From Elusimicrobiota bacterium (lineage in GTDB: Bacteria; Elusimicrobiota; Elusimicrobia; UBA1565; UBA9628): a stretch of 64,000 nt of DNA. The notes under the pieces are model-generated. The model saw only the letters and a list, made by a program, of their open reading frames with translations. It was not told the origin of the DNA and searched no databases. The DNA is taken from assembly GCA_030696455.1 (NCBI GenBank), contig JAUYSH010000121.1, forward strand, positions 10,078-74,077, in the 5' to 3' direction. Shown piece by piece: positions 59,067 through 64,000 of the stretch (positions within the stretch are counted from its first letter, which is position 1; every line of letters begins with the position of its first letter). Both the position numbers and the translations under genes were made by a program.

Positions 59067-59711
59067 TCAGCGGCAGCGCATCGCCAGCTCGTAGCCGGCG
59101 TTGTAGACCGAGAACACCGCGTCCTGCACGCGCACGATGCTGCGCATGAGCTCCTCGGTCTTGTTGCTGAAGTGGCGGTCGTTAGCCCAGTTGTTCTCCA
59201 CGACAACGCCGCGCACGGCGGTCATGTCGACATACAGCGCGTTCAGGGTCAGCTGAAGCTGCTGCACCTGCCCGAGAATGAGCAGGCCGGTCTGGTACAT
59301 CTCAGGGTCGGGCAGGGCCTGGGACTGGGCGAGGCGCTGGCGCGCGGTCAGGTAGTACAGGTTCTGGCGCACCTGGTCGCAGCCCGTCGTCAGGGTCTCG
59401 AAGTTGTTGATGATGGTGTCGAGGCTTGCCTGGGGATCGGGCTGGGCGTAGGCGTAGCGAAGGTTGTCGCCCTGGGCGCGCACGTACTGGTGGATCTGGG
59501 CCAGGTTGGCCACCTGCTGGGCGACCTGGCCGGCGATGGCCTTCATCACCGGGATCATCATCGGGTCGCTTTGCTGGCGCGCCAGGCGGTCGCGCGCGGT
59601 GAGCAGGGCGTCCCAGAAGAAGCGCTCCTGCCAAAGCGTCGGGGCCTGGTCCGCGGCCCGCGCGGGCAAGGCGGACGCGATGAAGAAGAGGGCGAAGATC
59701 ATCCGGCGCAT
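59067..59711 (-). CDS. Secreted Gln-rich alpha-helical hypothetical protein
   Basis: ATG at 59711; signal peptide MRRMIFALFFIASALPARA; helical, Q/L/A-rich; no family recognised. Confidence 0.6.
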   Translation of the reverse strand: MRRMIFALFFIASALPARAADQAPTLWQERFFWDALLTARDRLARQQSDPMMIPVMKAIAGQVAQQVANLAQIHQYVRAQGDNLRYAYAQPDPQASLDTIINNFETLTTGCDQVRQNLYYLTARQRLAQSQALPDPEMYQTGLLILGQVQQLQLTLNALYVDMTAVRGVVVENNWANDRHFSNKTEELMRSIVRVQDAVFSVYNAGYELAMRCR

Positions 59712-59847
59712 CGGGCTTAGTATAGCGGAAAAGCCCGGGAGTGTCAGGCCCACAGCCTCCCAAGCAATCCGACGGTTTCCGGAAACAGTCGCGGCGGACG
59801 CCATCCTTCGGTTGACGCCCCCTCAGGGCAAGTCGTACCATGACGGG

Positions 59848-60228
59848 ATGGACACCGACGATGTGCTGGCGCTCGTGGGACGTTTGTTCGCGTCCATCAT
59901 CTTCCTCGCGTCGGCCTTCGGTAAAATCACCAATTTCGACGGGACTTTGCAGTACATGGAGGCCCACGGGATGCCGGCCGTCGCCCTCCTGTGCGTCGCG
60001 GCGATCGCCGTCGAGGCGCTCGGCGCGATCTCCGTCATCCTCGGCTACAAGACCCGCTGGGGCGCGGCCGGCCTCGCCGTGTTCCTCGTCGCGGCGACCT
60101 GGGTGTTCCACACCGGCCCCGACCAACGCATCCATCTCCTTAAAAACATCGCGATCCTGGGAGCGCTGCTCAACCTGATCGCCCGCGGCCCGGGCGACAT
60201 CAGCCTCGAGGGCGGAGGCAAGGCGTGA
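59848..60228 (+). CDS. DoxX family membrane protein
   Basis: ATG at 59848. Four hydrophobic segments and ..GRLFASIIFLASAFGKI.NFDGT..YM...G.P......VAAIAVEALGAISVILGY.TRWGA..LA.F... The upstream part of ORF 59464..60228 is antisense shadow. Confidence 0.8.
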   Translation: MDTDDVLALVGRLFASIIFLASAFGKITNFDGTLQYMEAHGMPAVALLCVAAIAVEALGAISVILGYKTRWGAAGLAVFLVAATWVFHTGPDQRIHLLKNIAILGALLNLIARGPGDISLEGGGKA

Positions 60229-61889
60229 GCAAGGAAAAAGCGGCCCACCAGGTCTTCGCCCGCAAGTACCGGCCGCAGGGCTTCGATGAGCTCATCGGCC
60301 AGCCCTCCGTCTCCCAGACCTTGGCCAACGCGCTGACGACCAAGCGCGTGCATCACGCCTACCTGTTCACCGGCCCGCGCGGCTGCGGCAAGACGACGAC
60401 TGCACGCATCCTCGCCAAGGCGCTCAACTGCGAGAAGGGCCCGACGCCGACGCCCTGCGACGAGTGCTCGTCCTGCCGCGAGATCGCGCTGTCCTCCAGC
60501 CTCGACGTGCTCGAGATGGACGCCGCTTCTCATACCGGCGTCGACGACGTCCGCGAGGTGATCATCGAGACCGTCGCGCTCGCCCCGACGCGCGACCGCT
60601 ACAAGGTCTTCATCATCGACGAGACGCACATGCTCTCGAACTCGGCGTTCAACGCCCTGCTCAAGACCATCGAGGAGCCCCCGCCTCACGTCGTGTTCAT
60701 CCTCGCCACGACCGAGGTGCACAAGGTCCCCGCGACGATCGCCTCCCGCTGCCAGCGCTTCAAATTCCGCCCCGTCGGGCCGGAGCCGCTGGCCGAGTAC
60801 CTGGCCGGCATCGCCAAGAAGGAGAAAATTTCCGTGGAGCCGGAGGCCCTCGACCTGCTGGCGCGCGCCGCGGAAGGATCCCTTCGGGACGCGATCAGCC
60901 TGCTCGACCAGTGCCGCTCGGCCGGCGAGGGGAAGGTCACCGTCGAGTCGGTCCGCGAGATGTTCGGCTTCGTGCCTCAGGACCTGCTCATCGGCGTGGC
61001 GTCGGCCTTGCTCGCGCGCGACGCCAAGGCCCTCGCCGGCTGTCTCAAGCAGATATACGCCGAAGGCGTAGAGCCCGCGCAGCTGCTCAAGGATCTGCGC
61101 GCGGCGATCGAGGGCGTCTACCTCGTCAAGCTCGGCGCGGGCGAGCCCGTCGACGCGCCGTGGATGAAGGCGCTCGAGGGCGCCTCCGCCGACGGCCTGG
61201 GCTTTCTGCTGCGCCGCCTCAACCGCGCGCTCGAGGAGCTCCGCTACGGCGATTCCCCGCGGCTGGCGCTCGAGCTCGGCCTGTTCTCCGCGCTCGAGGC
61301 CGCGCACGACCTCGGCGCCTGGGTCGCGCGCCTCGAGGCGCTCGAGAAGCGCCTCGCCGCCGGCGGCGGCGGCAGCGGGCTGTCGCCCGCGCCGGCCCTG
61401 ACGCCGCGCGCGGCCCCCGCGGCTATCCTTGAGGATAGCCGGGGAACGACGCCCGCCGCTCCGGCCGCCATGGGAGCCATCGCCTGGCCCGCGCTCATCG
61501 AGGCGGTGTCGAAGACGAAGATCACCTTGGGCTCCGCCCTCGAGCGCGCCAAGGGCGAGGCCGCCGGCGACGGCTACCGCATCACCTTCCCCAAGGCCTT
61601 CGACCTCGACATGGCGAAGCGCTCCGCCTCGATTCTGGAAGCGGCATTGCGGAGCCTGGCCGGACGTCCCGTGGCGCTCGAGCTGGTCCTCGGCTCGTCC
61701 GACGCTCCCCCGGTCAGCGACATCGTCGACCGCGGCATGCCCGAGCCGGCGACCGGAGTGGACGCCCCTCCCGGCACGCGCTGGAAGGACATCGGCGAGG
61801 GCGCGCCCGGCGCCGGGACCGGCGGCCTCAAGAACGCCGAGGGCGTGTTCGGCGGCAAGGCCAGGATCATCAAGAAGCCCCAGCCATGA
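60225..61889 (+). CDS. dnaX: DNA polymerase III subunits gamma/tau
   Basis: The GTG at 60225 overlaps the DoxX TGA (GTGA). ..ARKYRPQGFDELIGQ.., ..HAYLFTGPRGCGKTTTARILAK.LNC.., the zinc module C..C..C and ..KVFIIDETHMLS..AFNALLKT.EEPP.HVVFILATTE..K.P.TI.SRCQ.F are present. Confidence 0.92.
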   Translation: MSKEKAAHQVFARKYRPQGFDELIGQPSVSQTLANALTTKRVHHAYLFTGPRGCGKTTTARILAKALNCEKGPTPTPCDECSSCREIALSSSLDVLEMDAASHTGVDDVREVIIETVALAPTRDRYKVFIIDETHMLSNSAFNALLKTIEEPPPHVVFILATTEVHKVPATIASRCQRFKFRPVGPEPLAEYLAGIAKKEKISVEPEALDLLARAAEGSLRDAISLLDQCRSAGEGKVTVESVREMFGFVPQDLLIGVASALLARDAKALAGCLKQIYAEGVEPAQLLKDLRAAIEGVYLVKLGAGEPVDAPWMKALEGASADGLGFLLRRLNRALEELRYGDSPRLALELGLFSALEAAHDLGAWVARLEALEKRLAAGGGGSGLSPAPALTPRAAPAAILEDSRGTTPAAPAAMGAIAWPALIEAVSKTKITLGSALERAKGEAAGDGYRITFPKAFDLDMAKRSASILEAALRSLAGRPVALELVLGSSDAPPVSDIVDRGMPEPATGVDAPPGTRWKDIGEGAPGAGTGGLKNAEGVFGGKARIIKKPQP

Positions 61890-62473
61890 AAGCTTTCGAG
61901 CGCTTGATCGGGGCGCTCAAGCGCCTTCCCGGCGTGGGGCCCAAGCAGGCCGAGCGCTTCGCGATCCACCTGCTGCGCGCGCCGCGCACCGAGGTCGAGG
62001 GCCTCGTCGACGCGCTGCGCGAGGCGAAGGCGTCGATGCGCCTGTGCGCGCGCTGCCTCGACTTCACCGACCGGGAGGTCTGCCGCATATGCGCGGATCC
62101 GGCGCGCGACGCCGGGGCCATCTGCGTCGTCGAGGAAACGCAGGACCTGGCCGCGCTCGAGCGCTCGCGCGCCTTCAACGGCCTCTACCACGTCCTCCAC
62201 GGCTCGCTGTCCCCGCTCGACGGAATCGGCCCCGACCGCATCAAGGCCAAGGAACTCGTCGAGCGCGTGCGCGCCGGCGGCGTGCGCGAGATCGTGCTCG
62301 CCACGGACCCCGACACCGAGGGCGAGGCGACCGCCCTGTATCTCGCCCAGATCTTAAAGCCCTTCCCGGTCAAGGTCACGCGCATCGCTCACGGCGTGCC
62401 GCTGGGGGGCGACCTCGACTACCTCGACGAGCGCACCTTGTCCTACGCTCTGTCGGGACGCCGGGAAGTCTAG
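61886..62473 (+). CDS. recR: Recombination protein RecR
   Basis: ATGA overlap with dnaX. ..L..LPGVGPK.AER.A.HLL.. (HhH), the zinc finger C.RC...T....C.IC, and Toprim ..ICVVEE..DL.A.E.S..F.G.YHVL.G.LSPLDGIGP.. are present. Confidence 0.93.
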   Translation: MKAFERLIGALKRLPGVGPKQAERFAIHLLRAPRTEVEGLVDALREAKASMRLCARCLDFTDREVCRICADPARDAGAICVVEETQDLAALERSRAFNGLYHVLHGSLSPLDGIGPDRIKAKELVERVRAGGVREIVLATDPDTEGEATALYLAQILKPFPVKVTRIAHGVPLGGDLDYLDERTLSYALSGRREV

Positions 62474-62487
62474 CTCAGGAGCCCATC

Positions 62488-63872
<1,385 letters not shown>

Positions 63873-63873
<1 letters not shown>

Positions 63874-64000
63874 TGAAGACGATCCTAGCGTCGCTGCTGC
63901 TCTGCGCGATTCCCGCGTTCGCTCAGGAGGAGGCGCCGAAGGAGATTCTCGTCGCGCCGGCGACCGAGGTCCAGGAAGCGGTGAAAACGCCCGCCGACGA
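63873..64000 (+). CDS. N-terminal fragment of a secreted protein (continues beyond the window)
   Basis: The ATG at 63873 overlaps the upstream TGA (TGATG). MKTILASLLLCAIPAFAQEE.. is a signal peptide. Only about 42 codons are visible. Confidence 0.5.

Noticed and set aside
2050-61307. Other long Arg/Gly/Ala/Pro-rich ORFs, antisense or out of frame: 2050..2988(-), 2985..3821(-), 3884..5428(-), 8703..10400(-), 11878..13563(+), 15404..16798(+), 20317..21867(+), 21837..23591(-), 21920..23587(+), 24468..26282(-), 26369..28636(-), 38731..40203(+), 54064..56946(+), 56184..58265(-), 60045..61307(-).
   Set aside because: Each overlaps a gene with strong family motifs in another frame or strand. Their compositions are low complexity (RRR, GRG, PRP runs) and they show no start-site signals. 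They are shadow ORFs, as expected in G+C-rich DNA.
60225-61889. Programmed -1 ribosomal frameshift site in dnaX (E. coli-type A AAA AAG plus downstream hairpin).
   Set aside because: Reading through the gene I found no A-rich slippery heptamer. The only A-rich patch (..AAGAAGGAGAAAATTTCC.. near 60815) does not fit an X XXY YYZ pattern in frame.

Overview
This 64 kb window is a G+C-rich, gene-dense chromosomal segment of a diderm bacterium. The diderm call rests on LPS heptose genes gmhA/hldC, a TonB-dependent receptor, lipoproteins and PilT ATPases. I support about 65 protein-coding genes. I recognise no rRNA, tRNA, CRISPR array, transposase or integrase.

Most genes are housekeeping: hemB, hemL, argS, rsfS, nadD-yqeK, dus, glgP, uvrD/pcrA, gatC/A/B, accC, cdd, mtnP, glyA, tsaC, rsmI, nagZ, ssb, dnaX, recR and a cystathionine-beta-synthase-type enzyme. 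Genes are packed with 1-4 nt stop/start overlaps (GTGA, ATGA, TGATG) at about 20 junctions. Many long Arg/Gly/Ala-rich ORFs in the track are antisense shadows of real genes, as expected at this G+C content.

The best candidate for an undescribed system is the insulated five-gene cluster at 2116-7884. It encodes two standalone ClpB-D2-type AAA+ ATPases (one membrane-anchored, with a degenerate pore loop), two bitopic proteins with Pro/Ala-rich linkers (one with a beta-helix-like ectodomain), and an exported caspase-fold (C14) lipoprotein.

Other items worth a second look:
- a perfect 31-bp-arm hairpin at 48060-48138;
- twin 18-mer palindromes of CTGT-N8-ACAG form at 37631-37704;
- a recurrent leaderless-mRNA promoter geometry;
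- tandem cNMP-binding-domain paralogues lacking the phosphate-binding Arg;
- a BCCP-like protein without the biotinylation MKM motif;
- two pilT paralogues bracketing a cNMP-binding protein inside a nadD-rsfS cluster;
- a hybrid kinase / TonB-receptor / periplasmic-binding-protein module.

All family assignments come from motif recognition by eye. No database search, HMM or structure prediction was run.
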